DNA of 60,602 bases from Chloroflexota bacterium (lineage in GTDB: Bacteria; Chloroflexota; Limnocylindria; Limnocylindrales; CSP1-4). The notes beneath the pieces were generated by a model. It was not told the DNA's origin and did not search any database. It worked only from the letters and a program-made list of their open reading frames with translations. Positions 46,207 through 55,176 of this stretch are shown piece after piece. The stretch is from NCBI GenBank assembly GCA_016200665.1, contig JACQEG010000073.1, positions 1 through 60,602 of the forward strand. Reading direction: 5' to 3'. The number at the start of each line of letters is the position of its first letter. Within the stretch, counting starts at the first letter, position 1. The position numbers and the translations under genes were made by a program.

Positions 46207-46308
46207 CGATACCTCCGCGGCGGGGATCGCCGGCGAGAGGGGGCGCGACGGGAGCATCGCAGCGGCCGCTTATCCGCGGCTCACCCGCGGCCCGTGCTAG
46301 GCTCGGCG

Positions 46309-46446
46309 GGTCCCTCCAGGGGACACACTGCGCGGTCGCGAAGCCGGTGGAACTCCGGCACAGTCCCGCTACGGTGACCAGGGCCCTCGGGCCCGGAAGT
46401 CCGGTCGCCGACCCGCAGTGGATGCTCGACCTTCGAGAGAAAGGGT
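46309..46446 (+). promoter_or_regulatory. Cobalamin riboswitch (compact form)
   Basis: GAAGCCGGTGGAACTCCGGCACAGTCCCGCTACGGTGA core, GGAAGTCCGG..CC junction, enclosing stem cactgcg/cgcagtg, -10 TAGGCT at 46298-46303; precedes a B12-type importer. Confidence 0.85.
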
Positions 46447-46455
46447 AGGCACCGC

Positions 46456-47496
46456 ATGCGGCTCTCCCGACCATTGGCATGGCTCGTCGCCGTGCTCGTC
46501 CCCGTCCTGGCGGCCTGCAGCGGGACGACGCCCTCGGGCTCACCCGGCGGGTCGAGCGCTTCAGGCCAGCCCTCGAGCTCCGCTGAATCGAGCGGCCCGA
46601 CGGCCTCGCCGATCGCCTATCCGCTGACCCTCACCGACGACGAGGGCACGGCGGTCACGATCCCGGCCGCGCCGAAGACGATCGTCTCCCTGACCCCGGC
46701 CACGACCGAGACGGTCTTCGCGATCGGGGCCGGCCCCGAGCTCGTCGGGCGGACCGATTCGGACGACTACCCGCCGCAGGCGTCCGCGGTGAAGGTCGTC
46801 GTCAAGCTCGGCCGCGTCGACGTCGAGCAGGTCGTCGGCCTCTCCCCCGACCTGGTCCTCGCCGGCGGCGACGGCTTCACGCCACCGGATGTCGTCGCGC
46901 AGCTCCGGTCGCTGCACATCCCGGTGATCGTCGTCTACGCGAAGGACGTCGCCGGCGTCCTGGCGGACATCCGGCTCGTCGGCCAGGCGGCCGGCCATCC
47001 CGGACCTGCCGGCGACCTCGCCGACTCGATGGCCCAGCAGATCGACGCGATCCGGGCCGCGACCGACGGCATCGACCGGCCGTCGGTCTTCTACGAGATC
47101 GATGCCACGGCCGCGATCTACACCGCGGCCGACCAGTCGTTCCTCGCCGAGATGCTCACGATCGCGGGCGGCGACCCGGTGACGACCGGCAGCACGACCG
47201 CCTATGACATCCCGCTGGAGAAGCTCGTCGCGGCGGACCCCGCGATCATCCTGCTAGGGGACGCGGCCTACGGCGTCACGCCGGATGTCGTTGCGGCGCG
47301 GCCCGGCTGGGGCACGATCGCCGCGGTCAAGGCCCGCCAGATCCTGCCGGTCAATGACGTCGTCATCACCCGGCCGGGACCGCGCCTCGTCGAGGGCCTC
47401 ATCGACCTCGTCCGGGCGATCCATCCGGAGCTCGGGATCGAGCCGCTCGGCTCCGGCGCGCCCCCGGTGCCGAGCCCGGCTCCGGCTGGCTCGTAG
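46456..47496 (+). CDS. btuF: Cobalamin/iron-siderophore ABC substrate-binding lipoprotein
   Basis: Lipobox LAAC, TLTDDEG..V.IP..P..IVSL.PA.TE, DVEQVVGLSPDLVLA, TRPGPRLVEG; riboswitch upstream. Confidence 0.88.
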   Translation: MRLSRPLAWLVAVLVPVLAACSGTTPSGSPGGSSASGQPSSSAESSGPTASPIAYPLTLTDDEGTAVTIPAAPKTIVSLTPATTETVFAIGAGPELVGRTDSDDYPPQASAVKVVVKLGRVDVEQVVGLSPDLVLAGGDGFTPPDVVAQLRSLHIPVIVVYAKDVAGVLADIRLVGQAAGHPGPAGDLADSMAQQIDAIRAATDGIDRPSVFYEIDATAAIYTAADQSFLAEMLTIAGGDPVTTGSTTAYDIPLEKLVAADPAIILLGDAAYGVTPDVVAARPGWGTIAAVKARQILPVNDVVITRPGPRLVEGLIDLVRAIHPELGIEPLGSGAPPVPSPAPAGS

Positions 47497-47516
47497 CGGC
47501 CGCGGGAGCACGCAGC

Positions 47517-48593
47517 GTGGCCCACGCCTCCGCGCTCCGGGCCGGCGCCCGCCCCCGGGCGGCGTACCTGCGCTCGCGCCGCCCGATCGCCCTCGCGGCG
47601 GCCGGCATCGTGGCGCTCGTCCTCGTGTTCGTCGCCGGCGTCGCTGCCGGCACCGTTGCGGTGCCGATCGGCGAGACGGCCGGGATCCTCGCCCACCGGC
47701 TCCTCGGGCTCCAGGTGCCGGTCACGTGGACGCCGGCCCAGGAGACGATCGTCTGGGACCTCCGGCTGCCGCGGGTCCTCACGGCGATGACCGTCGGCGT
47801 CGGGCTGGCCGTGGCCGGCGTGACGTTCCAGGGCCTGCTCCGCAATCCGCTCGCCGATCCGTACGTCCTGGGCACCGCGTCCGGCGCGGCCCTCGGGGCC
47901 GCGATCGCGGTCATCCTGCCGGTCCGAACCGTGATCCTCCACTTCGGGCTGCTGAACGTCCTCGCCTTCGTCGGGGCGCTCGCCGCGGTGACGCTCGTCT
48001 ACCGCCTCGCCCGGATGGGGGCGGGCGGCCAGACGACGAGCCTCCTGCTTACCGGCTATGCCGTCGGGTCGCTGCTGGCGGCCGGGCTGGCGATGGCGAT
48101 GTACCTGTCCGGGGCCGGCCTGCGCCAGATCTTCACGTTCCTGCTCGGCGGCTTCGAGGCGTCGTCCTGGGAGCGGCTCGCCGCCGCCGCGCCGCTCATC
48201 GCGATCACGTCGATCCTCATCGGGCTCCGGGCACGGTCGCTCAACGGCCTGCTCCTGGGCGAGGAGGCCGCGGCGCACCTGGGCGTGGACGTGCGGCGGG
48301 AGCGGGCGATCCTGCTCGCCCTGGCCTCGCTGGCCACGGCGGCGGCAGTCGCGGTCTCGGGCCTCGTGGGATTCGTCGGCCTCGTGGCGCCGCACGTGGT
48401 CCGGCTCGTCGTCGGCCCGAGCGCGCGCCTCGTCCTGCCGCTCTCGGCGCTCCTCGGGGCGAGCCTCATGGTCGGCGCGGACCTCGTCGCCCGGCTCGTG
48501 GGCGAGATTCCCGTCGGGGTCGTCACCGCCCTGGTCGGGGCGCCCTTCTTCCTCGTGCTCCTGCGCCGCTCGCGCTCGGGCTACGAGCTGTGA
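47517..48593 (+). CDS. btuC: Cobalamin ABC permease (FecCD family)
   Basis: IVWDLRLPR, FQGLLRNPLADPYVLG, LGEEAAAHLG, GFVGLVAPH, GAPFF. Confidence 0.9.
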   Translation: MAHASALRAGARPRAAYLRSRRPIALAAAGIVALVLVFVAGVAAGTVAVPIGETAGILAHRLLGLQVPVTWTPAQETIVWDLRLPRVLTAMTVGVGLAVAGVTFQGLLRNPLADPYVLGTASGAALGAAIAVILPVRTVILHFGLLNVLAFVGALAAVTLVYRLARMGAGGQTTSLLLTGYAVGSLLAAGLAMAMYLSGAGLRQIFTFLLGGFEASSWERLAAAAPLIAITSILIGLRARSLNGLLLGEEAAAHLGVDVRRERAILLALASLATAAAVAVSGLVGFVGLVAPHVVRLVVGPSARLVLPLSALLGASLMVGADLVARLVGEIPVGVVTALVGAPFFLVLLRRSRSGYEL

Positions 48594-49342
48594 CCGCGCA
48601 TCTCCGCCTCGACCACCTCACCATCGCCTACCGCGGCCGGCCCGCGGTGCGCGACGTCAGCCTCGAGATCGGGGCGGGGGAGCGAGTCGCGCTCGTGGGC
48701 CCGAACGGCGCCGGCAAGTCGACGCTCCTGCGCGCCGTGGCCGGGCTCGTGGAGCCCGCCGCCGGGTCGGTCGAGCTGGACGGCACCCCGATCGGATCCC
48801 TCGGCCGCCTCGCGGTGGCTCGCCGGGTCGGCGTCGTCCCGCAGCTCCCGGTCCTGCCGTTCGCGACGACCGTCGAGCAGGTCGTGGCCCTCGGGCGGTT
48901 GCCCCACGAGCACCCGATCCGTGGCCTGCGCCCGGTCGATCGATCGATCATCGCCGAGGCGATCGAGCGGGTCGGCGTCGGTCACCTCCTCGGCCGCGAC
49001 GCCCGCGAGCTGTCGCTCGGCGAGCGCCAGCTGGTGCTGCTGGCGATGGCCGTGGCCCAGGCGGCGCCGATCCTCATCCTCGACGAGCCGACCGTCCACC
49101 TCGACCTCCGCCACCAGGTCGAGGTCATGGACCTCCTGGCCGACCTGAACGCGCGCGAGGGCACGACGATCCTCGCCGTCCTCCACGACCTGCGCCTTGC
49201 CGCGCACTTCTTCCCGCGGCTCGTGCTCCTGGACGGGGGCAGCGTCGTCGCCGACGGCGCCCCGACCGAGGTCCTCAGCCCCGACCGGATCCGCGACGTC
49301 TTCGGCGTCGATCCGGAGCTCGTCGCGCTCGCGACCGCCTAG
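48590..49342 (+). CDS. btuD: Cobalamin ABC ATP-binding subunit
   Basis: GPNGAGKST, signature variant LSLGERQ, ILDEPT.HLD..HQ, H-loop VLHDL. GTGA overlap. Confidence 0.88.
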   Translation: MTAHLRLDHLTIAYRGRPAVRDVSLEIGAGERVALVGPNGAGKSTLLRAVAGLVEPAAGSVELDGTPIGSLGRLAVARRVGVVPQLPVLPFATTVEQVVALGRLPHEHPIRGLRPVDRSIIAEAIERVGVGHLLGRDARELSLGERQLVLLAMAVAQAAPILILDEPTVHLDLRHQVEVMDLLADLNAREGTTILAVLHDLRLAAHFFPRLVLLDGGSVVADGAPTEVLSPDRIRDVFGVDPELVALATA

Positions 49343-49415
49343 GGCTCGCGGCCGCCCCGGCGAGCCGCCTGCCGATCGTCGAACCTCCGGCGAGGTGCGC
49401 CGGTAGCATCAGGCG

Positions 49416-50399
49416 ATGCCTGCCACCACCCCCAAGCCGTTCCAGTTCCTCATCGACGCCCGCGAGATCGTCTCCGGCGCCGAGCTCGCCGCCCGGGCTC
49501 GCCGGGCCGAGGCCATCGGCTATCACGAGCTCGTCGTCCCGGATCACCTGATCCCGCAGCTCGGCCCGGTCGCGACGATGGCGTACATCGCCGCGGTGAC
49601 CGAGAGGATCCGCGTCGCGGCGTTCGTCCACAACAACGACCTCCGCCACCCGGTCGTCCTCGCCCAGGAGCTCGCGTCCATCGACGTCCTGTCCGGTGGC
49701 CGTCTCGACGTCGCCATCGGAGCGGGCTGGAACCAGCCCGAGTACGACCGCATCGGCCTCCCGTTCGACCCCGTGCCCGTGCGCCAGGCCAGGCTCATCG
49801 AAGCCATCGCGGTGCTGAAGGGCGCCTTCGCGGACACGCCCGAGGGCGGCTTCTCGTTCGAGGGCGAGCACTACCGGATCAGCGGCCTCGATGGCCAGCC
49901 GAAGCCGGTCCAGCGGCCCCATCCGCCATTCCTCATCGGCGGCGGCGGTCGCAGGACGATCGAGCTTGCCGCCCGGGAGGCCCAGATCGTGGGCCTCGCG
50001 CCACGGATCCTGTCGGGCCAGCGCGCCGAGCCCCGCTCGGTCACGGTCGCCGGCACCGCGGAGAAGATCGAGTGGGTCCGGGCCGCCGCGCCGGAGCGCT
50101 TCGACGGCCTCGTCTTCAACGTCTACCCGACGCTGACGGGCATCTCCGTGACCGACCACGCCCGATCCGAGGCGAAGGACGTCGTGGCGGCCACTGCCCA
50201 GCGGACGGGTGTCGAGCTGATGGTCGAGGAGCTGCTCGAGTCGCCGCACGTCTTCATCGGCTCGATCGACGAGCTCGAGCAGAAGCTCATCCGCCTGCGG
50301 GAGCAGCTCGGGATCAGCTCGTTCATGGTCGGGGTCCTGGGCACGGCCGACGCGCCGGGCGTCCTCGATCCGCTCGTGGAGCGCCTCGCCGGCCGCTAG
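49416..50399 (+). CDS. LLM class oxidoreductase, probably F420-dependent type
   Basis: PDHL, RHPVVLAQELASIDVLSGGRL..IGAGW...EY, PVQRPHPPFLIGGGG, SPHVFIGS. TAGCAT lies 6 nt upstream. Confidence 0.85.
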   Translation: MPATTPKPFQFLIDAREIVSGAELAARARRAEAIGYHELVVPDHLIPQLGPVATMAYIAAVTERIRVAAFVHNNDLRHPVVLAQELASIDVLSGGRLDVAIGAGWNQPEYDRIGLPFDPVPVRQARLIEAIAVLKGAFADTPEGGFSFEGEHYRISGLDGQPKPVQRPHPPFLIGGGGRRTIELAAREAQIVGLAPRILSGQRAEPRSVTVAGTAEKIEWVRAAAPERFDGLVFNVYPTLTGISVTDHARSEAKDVVAATAQRTGVELMVEELLESPHVFIGSIDELEQKLIRLREQLGISSFMVGVLGTADAPGVLDPLVERLAGR

Positions 50400-50998
50400 G
50401 GCTTCTGCAGGCCGCCCGGGAAGAATGGGATCCCGCCGGGGATCGTCGTCGGGACGACGTCCTTGATGTCCTTCGGGAGCAAGGGCCCGAGCAGGAGCAG
50501 GACGATCGGGACCGTCGTCTGCTCGAGGAGGCCACCGATCGTCGAGTCGTCCACCTGGGTCCGGATGTCCTTGAGGACGCCCGTCTCGACGAAGGTCGAC
50601 GGCAGGCCGGAGCCGATCGTCGAGAACGTGTGGAGGATGACGATCGCCGCCGAGGCGATCAGGACGCCCTCCGCAAAGCCGAGCACGGCTCCGAGCGACT
50701 TGTCGGCCACCTCGGACAGCCCGTGCTGCGGGGCCCGGGCGAGGAGCGGCGTTGCGAACAGGTTCAGGGCGAACAGGATCACCGGAAAGGCGACCACGTA
50801 GCCGACCATCTCGGCGTATGGCTCCGGGATCTTCGGCAGGACGCCGTGGACGATCGCGCCGGCGGGGGCGCGCAGGTACGTGCTCGCGAGGAACGACACG
50901 CCCAGGAACGCGAGCCCCACGAGCCGCCGCAGGAAGCCGCTCCGCCAGCCGGCGAGCACGAGGCCGCCGATGAGGAACAGCAGCACCAGATCCGCCAC
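50396..50998 (-). CDS. cvpA: CvpA (colicin V production) family membrane protein
   Basis: GWRSGFLR.L and DK.LGAVLG..EG motifs, 4 TM. SD GGGGAGGG before the GTG. Confidence 0.82.
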   Translation of the reverse strand: MADLVLLFLIGGLVLAGWRSGFLRRLVGLAFLGVSFLASTYLRAPAGAIVHGVLPKIPEPYAEMVGYVVAFPVILFALNLFATPLLARAPQHGLSEVADKSLGAVLGFAEGVLIASAAIVILHTFSTIGSGLPSTFVETGVLKDIRTQVDDSTIGGLLEQTTVPIVLLLLGPLLPKDIKDVVPTTIPGGIPFFPGGLQKP

Positions 50999-51030
50999 GG
51001 GACGCCCTCCCCAACTGCCTTGCCGACGAC

Positions 51031-51195
51031 CTAGGTCGGTCGCCGGCTCCCCGACACGATCGCCCGCCGCACCAGCAGCCCGAACGAGGCGCCGATCCCG
51101 GCAAGAAGCCCGAACGCAACGGCGATCGCGCCGAGCAGGCGCACCAGGCGCGGAGGCCCGGCGGGGCGCCAGTCCGGAATCGTCCGCCCGGGCAC
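51031..51195 (-). CDS. Small single-pass membrane protein, 54 aa (not in the ORF track)
   Basis: VPGRTIPDWRPAGPPRLVRLLGAIAVAFGLLAGIGASFGLLVRRAIVSGSRRPT. It fills the gap between the gcvT-like stop (9 nt upstream) and the cvpA SD. Confidence 0.65.
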   Translation of the reverse strand: MPGRTIPDWRPAGPPRLVRLLGAIAVAFGLLAGIGASFGLLVRRAIVSGSRRPT

Positions 51196-51204
51196 CTCGG
51201 GGGC

Positions 51205-52410
51205 TCAGGCGCGCTTGCGCGGCAGATCGAGGAACGGGAGTGGCACGACCGTGGCCGCGACCCGGCCGCGGCGGCCCTCGACCGTCCACTCGACGGACAG
51301 CTTCGAGCCGGCGGCCTCGTACGAGGCCGGCACGGAGGCGAGACCGATCGCCTCCTTCAGGATCGGGCTCCAGCCGAGGCTCGTGACCTTGCCGATCTGG
51401 CGGTCGCCCCGCAGGACGCCCGGCGCGAAGACCGGCGCGGCGGCGCGGCTGACCGCGGGCGAGATCGCCGGTGGCAGGTCCTGGGCCGAGTAGAGGCCCT
51501 CGATGCCGTACCAGTCCAGCGCGACGCCGACCAGGCGCCGGGCCGGGCCGCCCCGTGCCGCCTCTCGCCGGAGTGCCAGCTGGCCCACGAACGGTGCCTT
51601 GTCGAGGTCCACGAGGCGGCCCATCGCCAGCTCGTAGGGGGAGTAGTTCTGCTCGGGGTTGAGGGCGTGCCGGGCGGAGGTGTAGTCCACCTCGAGGAGC
51701 ACCAGCCCAGCCTCGAGCCGGACGACGTCGAGGGCGAGCATGCCGGCGGGTCGGATGCCGTATGCGGCTCCGGCGGACGCAAGCGCGTCCCAGGCCTCGG
51801 TGGCCCGATCGGCCGGGATCCAGACCTCGTACCCGAGGTCGCCCGTGTACCCGGTCCGGGAGACGCCGACGGGGATCCCGGCAAGCATCGCGTCGCGCCG
51901 GCGGAAGAAGCGCAGGTCGGCGAACGAGGTACCGGTCGCGGCCTCGAGGACCGCTCGCGAGAGCGGCCCCTGGAGCGCGATCGCGGCGAGCGCCTCGGTG
52001 ACGTCCTCGATCGAGACATCGAGGCCGCGGGCATTGAGCGTCAGCCAGCGCTGCTGCGGGTCCGCCGCCGTCCACAGGAACTCGGACTCGGCGATCCGGT
52101 GGACCGTGCCGTCGTCGATGACCTTGCCGTGCTCGTCGCACCACGGGGTGTAGAAGACCTGGCCGACGCTGAGCTTCGAGGCATCCCGGGTGATGACCCG
52201 ATCGACGAGCCGCGGGGCGTCCGGTCCGCTGACCCGGTACTTGAACAGCGGCGTGACGTCGATGAGCGCCGCCGCCTCGCGGATCGCGTTGTACTCGATG
52301 TCGTGGGCGTCGGCGTAGGCCGAGGCCGCCCACCAGCCCGACCACTCGCGCCACTGGAGCTTGCGGTTGAGCGGCGCGGTACGGGGATGGAGCGGCGTCC
52401 CGAGGCTCAT
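51205..52410 (-). CDS. Stand-alone GcvT-like aminomethyltransferase/demethylase family protein
   Basis: EYNAIREAAALIDVTPL, GKVIDDGTV, ALQGPLSR, SRTGYTGDLGYE, R.EAG, KVTS..WSPILK..IGLA. Confidence 0.88.
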   Translation of the reverse strand: MSLGTPLHPRTAPLNRKLQWREWSGWWAASAYADAHDIEYNAIREAAALIDVTPLFKYRVSGPDAPRLVDRVITRDASKLSVGQVFYTPWCDEHGKVIDDGTVHRIAESEFLWTAADPQQRWLTLNARGLDVSIEDVTEALAAIALQGPLSRAVLEAATGTSFADLRFFRRRDAMLAGIPVGVSRTGYTGDLGYEVWIPADRATEAWDALASAGAAYGIRPAGMLALDVVRLEAGLVLLEVDYTSARHALNPEQNYSPYELAMGRLVDLDKAPFVGQLALRREAARGGPARRLVGVALDWYGIEGLYSAQDLPPAISPAVSRAAAPVFAPGVLRGDRQIGKVTSLGWSPILKEAIGLASVPASYEAAGSKLSVEWTVEGRRGRVAATVVPLPFLDLPRKRA

Positions 52411-52432
52411 CGCCGCCAGTATCGCGACTTCG

Positions 52433-53440
52433 TCAGGTGCCCGCCGGGGCCTCCGCGTCGGCTGGGGCCGCCGTGGTGGCGTCCGGGGCCCCCACGGCCG
52501 GCGCGTTCGGTGGCTCGGGTGCCACGTATGGCATCGCCGGCTCGGCCAGGCCGAAGGCGAATGCCACGACGATCAGCGCCTGCCCGACCCCGAGGGACAG
52601 GAAGCCGAGGGCGTAGTCGACGTCCTCGAGCCCGAGGCCGCCGCCGAGCAGCACGGGCGACTGGATCGTGGTCATGACGACGCCGGCGAGGATCGCAACG
52701 TCATCGAGGAGCCCAGTCATCGTGGCCCCGACCGCGGCCGCGGTCGTCGCGATCGCCGGCCGTCGGCTGTCGCCGACCCCGCGGATGACGATCCACAGGA
52801 GATACAGCCACGCGCTGAGCTGGGCATAGACCACGAGGTTCGACAACACGAGCAGGCCATCGAGCCCGGGGATGCCCGTCTCCGGCACGTTGAGGAGATC
52901 CCGCCCGAGGGCCGCGAGCAGCGTCACGAGCCCGGCCCCGAGCACGAGGTTCGAGAGGCCGGCCGTCGATGGCGAGGGGCGCAGCGGGCTGAGCGCCGCC
53001 AGACCGCGCGCGATCAGGAGCCAGGCCACCAGCTTCGCGAGCGATTCCAGGACGCCGATCTCGACGTACAGGGCGTTGAGGCTGGCCGGGCCTTCGAACC
53101 AGCTCTGGACCGGCCGCCCGAAGGCCGTCACGAGCGCGATCGTCACCGCCCCGGCGAACACGAGCGGCGTGGCCCGCGCGGCATCCGGCCGGCGGAGCAC
53201 GAGCACGGCCGGCAGCAGGATCCACAGGTCGTGCGGGATGAGCATCGCGTAGAGCCCGAATGGGTCGATGCCGACGAAGGAGCGCGGCTGGAGGATGCCG
53301 ATCGATCGCGAGACGACGTCGAGGAAGGCGAGGATGACGAAGGCCCGCGCGACGACCGGCGCCTCGCGCCAGGCCCGCTCGACCGGCTCGCGCAGCCATG
53401 GCGGCACGCGCATCGGATCGACCACCCCGGTGCCGGCCAT
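52433..53440 (-). CDS. Hypothetical polytopic membrane protein (about 8 TM)
   Basis: Alternating hydrophobic segments. TACGCT lies 7 nt before ATG 53440. Confidence 0.72.
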   Translation of the reverse strand: MAGTGVVDPMRVPPWLREPVERAWREAPVVARAFVILAFLDVVSRSIGILQPRSFVGIDPFGLYAMLIPHDLWILLPAVLVLRRPDAARATPLVFAGAVTIALVTAFGRPVQSWFEGPASLNALYVEIGVLESLAKLVAWLLIARGLAALSPLRPSPSTAGLSNLVLGAGLVTLLAALGRDLLNVPETGIPGLDGLLVLSNLVVYAQLSAWLYLLWIVIRGVGDSRRPAIATTAAAVGATMTGLLDDVAILAGVVMTTIQSPVLLGGGLGLEDVDYALGFLSLGVGQALIVVAFAFGLAEPAMPYVAPEPPNAPAVGAPDATTAAPADAEAPAGT

Positions 53441-53517
53441 GGCCGACAGCGTAAACGGGCTGTCACGCGGTCCGGTAGAGTCCGGATCGTCCCATCGGTG
53501 TCGCACCGGAGGTCCGC

Positions 53518-55176
53518 GTGCCCCAGCGCTACGACGCGATCGTCATCGGCGGCGGCCACAACGGCCTGATCAGCGCCGCCTACCTGGCGCGCGCCGGGCT
53601 CCGGACGGTCGTCCTCGAGCAGCGCCACGTGCTGGGTGGCGCGGCGGTCACCGAGGAGATCTTCCCGGGCTACCGCTTCAGCGTGTTCTCGTACGTGGTG
53701 TCGCTGCTGCGGCCGGAGATCATCCGCGAGCTCGACCTGCCGCGCCACGGCCTGGACATCCTGCCCCTCGACGGCACCTTCACGCCGCTCCACGCGGGCG
53801 AGGGCCGGCCGGCCCCGATCGGTCCCGACGGCCGGAAGATCGGCACCGGCGATTACCTGTGGCGGGTCAACGACCACGGCCGGACGGTCCGCGAGCTGCG
53901 CCGCTGGTCGAAGCTCGACGCCGAGGCCTACGAGGAATACGGCCAGCTCATGGTCGACATGGCCCGGTTCATCAAGCCGATCCTGTCGATCGTCCCGCCG
54001 GACCCGGCCTCGAACGACCCGCGGCCGCTGCTCCCGCTCGGGGGTCTCCTTCGAAGCTTCCAGAAGCTGACCGAGCGCCAGCAGGCCGTGTTCGTCCAGC
54101 TCATGACCATGTCGGCCTTCGACTTCCTCAGCCAGTGGTTCGAGACCGACCCGCTCAAGGCCACGATGTCGGCGTCCGGGATCATCGGCACGTACCAGGG
54201 GATCAAGAGCCCCGGCACGGCCTACGTCCTGCTCCACCACTACATGGGCGAGATCGACGGGGCCTTCCGGGCGTGGGGCATCCCGAAGGGCGGCACCGGC
54301 GGGATCTCGGAGGCGATCGGCCGCGCGGCGGTGGCCAATGGCGCGGAGATCCGGATGGAAGCCGCCGTCGTCAACATCCGCACCCGGGGCGGGCGGGCCA
54401 CGGGCGTCGTCCTCGAATCCGGCGAGGAGCTCGAGGCCGACGCGGTCCTCTCGTCGCTCGACGTCCGGCGGACGTTCCTCGACCTCCTCGAGCCCGGCAC
54501 GGTCGAGCCGTCCTTCGAGGAGGAGGTGCGGCGGTTCAAGTTCCGGGGCTCGTCGGGCAAGGTCAACCTCGCCCTCGATGCCCTGCCGACGTTCACGTCG
54601 CTGCCCGAGCCCGGCGAGCACCTTCGGGGCGCGATCTCGATCTCGCCGTCGACGGCCGACATGGAGCGCGCCTACGACGACGCGAAGTACGGCCACTGGA
54701 GCCGGAAGCCGTACGTCGACGTCATCATCCCGACGCTTGTCGACCCGTCCATGGCGCCGCCCGGCAAGCACGTCATGAGCTGCTTCGTCCAGTACGCGCC
54801 CTACCACCTGGCCGAGGGCCTCGGCACCTGGGACGACAACCGCGAGGCGTTCGGCGACGCCGTCGTCAACCGGATCGCCGAGTTCGCGCCGGATCTCCCG
54901 TCGAAGATCCTCCATCGGAACGTCCAGACGCCGCTCGACATCGAGCGGACGACGGGCCTCAGCGAGGGCAACATCTTCCAGGGCGAGCTCTCGCTCGAGC
55001 AGCTGTTCTTCAGCCGGCCGGTGCCCGGCTACGCCCGCTTCCGAACGCCGATCCGGGACCTGTGGCTGTGCGGCTCGGCGACCCATCCCGGCGGGGGGAT
55101 CATGGGCGCCAACGGCCGGATCGCGGCGATGGAGCTGCTGGCGTCGCGGCGCCGCGGGCCCGGGAGGCCGGTATGA
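53518..55176 (+). CDS. FAD-dependent oxidoreductase, phytoene dehydrogenase/PYROXD2-like (copy 1)
   Basis: IVIGGGHNGL..AAYLARAG..VLE....GGAA, PKGGTG, GNIFQGEL, LCGSATHPGGG.MG.NG. SD GGAGGT. Confidence 0.88.
   Translation: MPQRYDAIVIGGGHNGLISAAYLARAGLRTVVLEQRHVLGGAAVTEEIFPGYRFSVFSYVVSLLRPEIIRELDLPRHGLDILPLDGTFTPLHAGEGRPAPIGPDGRKIGTGDYLWRVNDHGRTVRELRRWSKLDAEAYEEYGQLMVDMARFIKPILSIVPPDPASNDPRPLLPLGGLLRSFQKLTERQQAVFVQLMTMSAFDFLSQWFETDPLKATMSASGIIGTYQGIKSPGTAYVLLHHYMGEIDGAFRAWGIPKGGTGGISEAIGRAAVANGAEIRMEAAVVNIRTRGGRATGVVLESGEELEADAVLSSLDVRRTFLDLLEPGTVEPSFEEEVRRFKFRGSSGKVNLALDALPTFTSLPEPGEHLRGAISISPSTADMERAYDDAKYGHWSRKPYVDVIIPTLVDPSMAPPGKHVMSCFVQYAPYHLAEGLGTWDDNREAFGDAVVNRIAEFAPDLPSKILHRNVQTPLDIERTTGLSEGNIFQGELSLEQLFFSRPVPGYARFRTPIRDLWLCGSATHPGGGIMGANGRIAAMELLASRRRGPGRPV

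Noticed and set aside
51205-52410. Glycine cleavage T protein (gcvT proper)
   Set aside because: No gcvP or gcvH adjacent, and the N-terminus differs from canonical GcvT; no gene symbol assigned.
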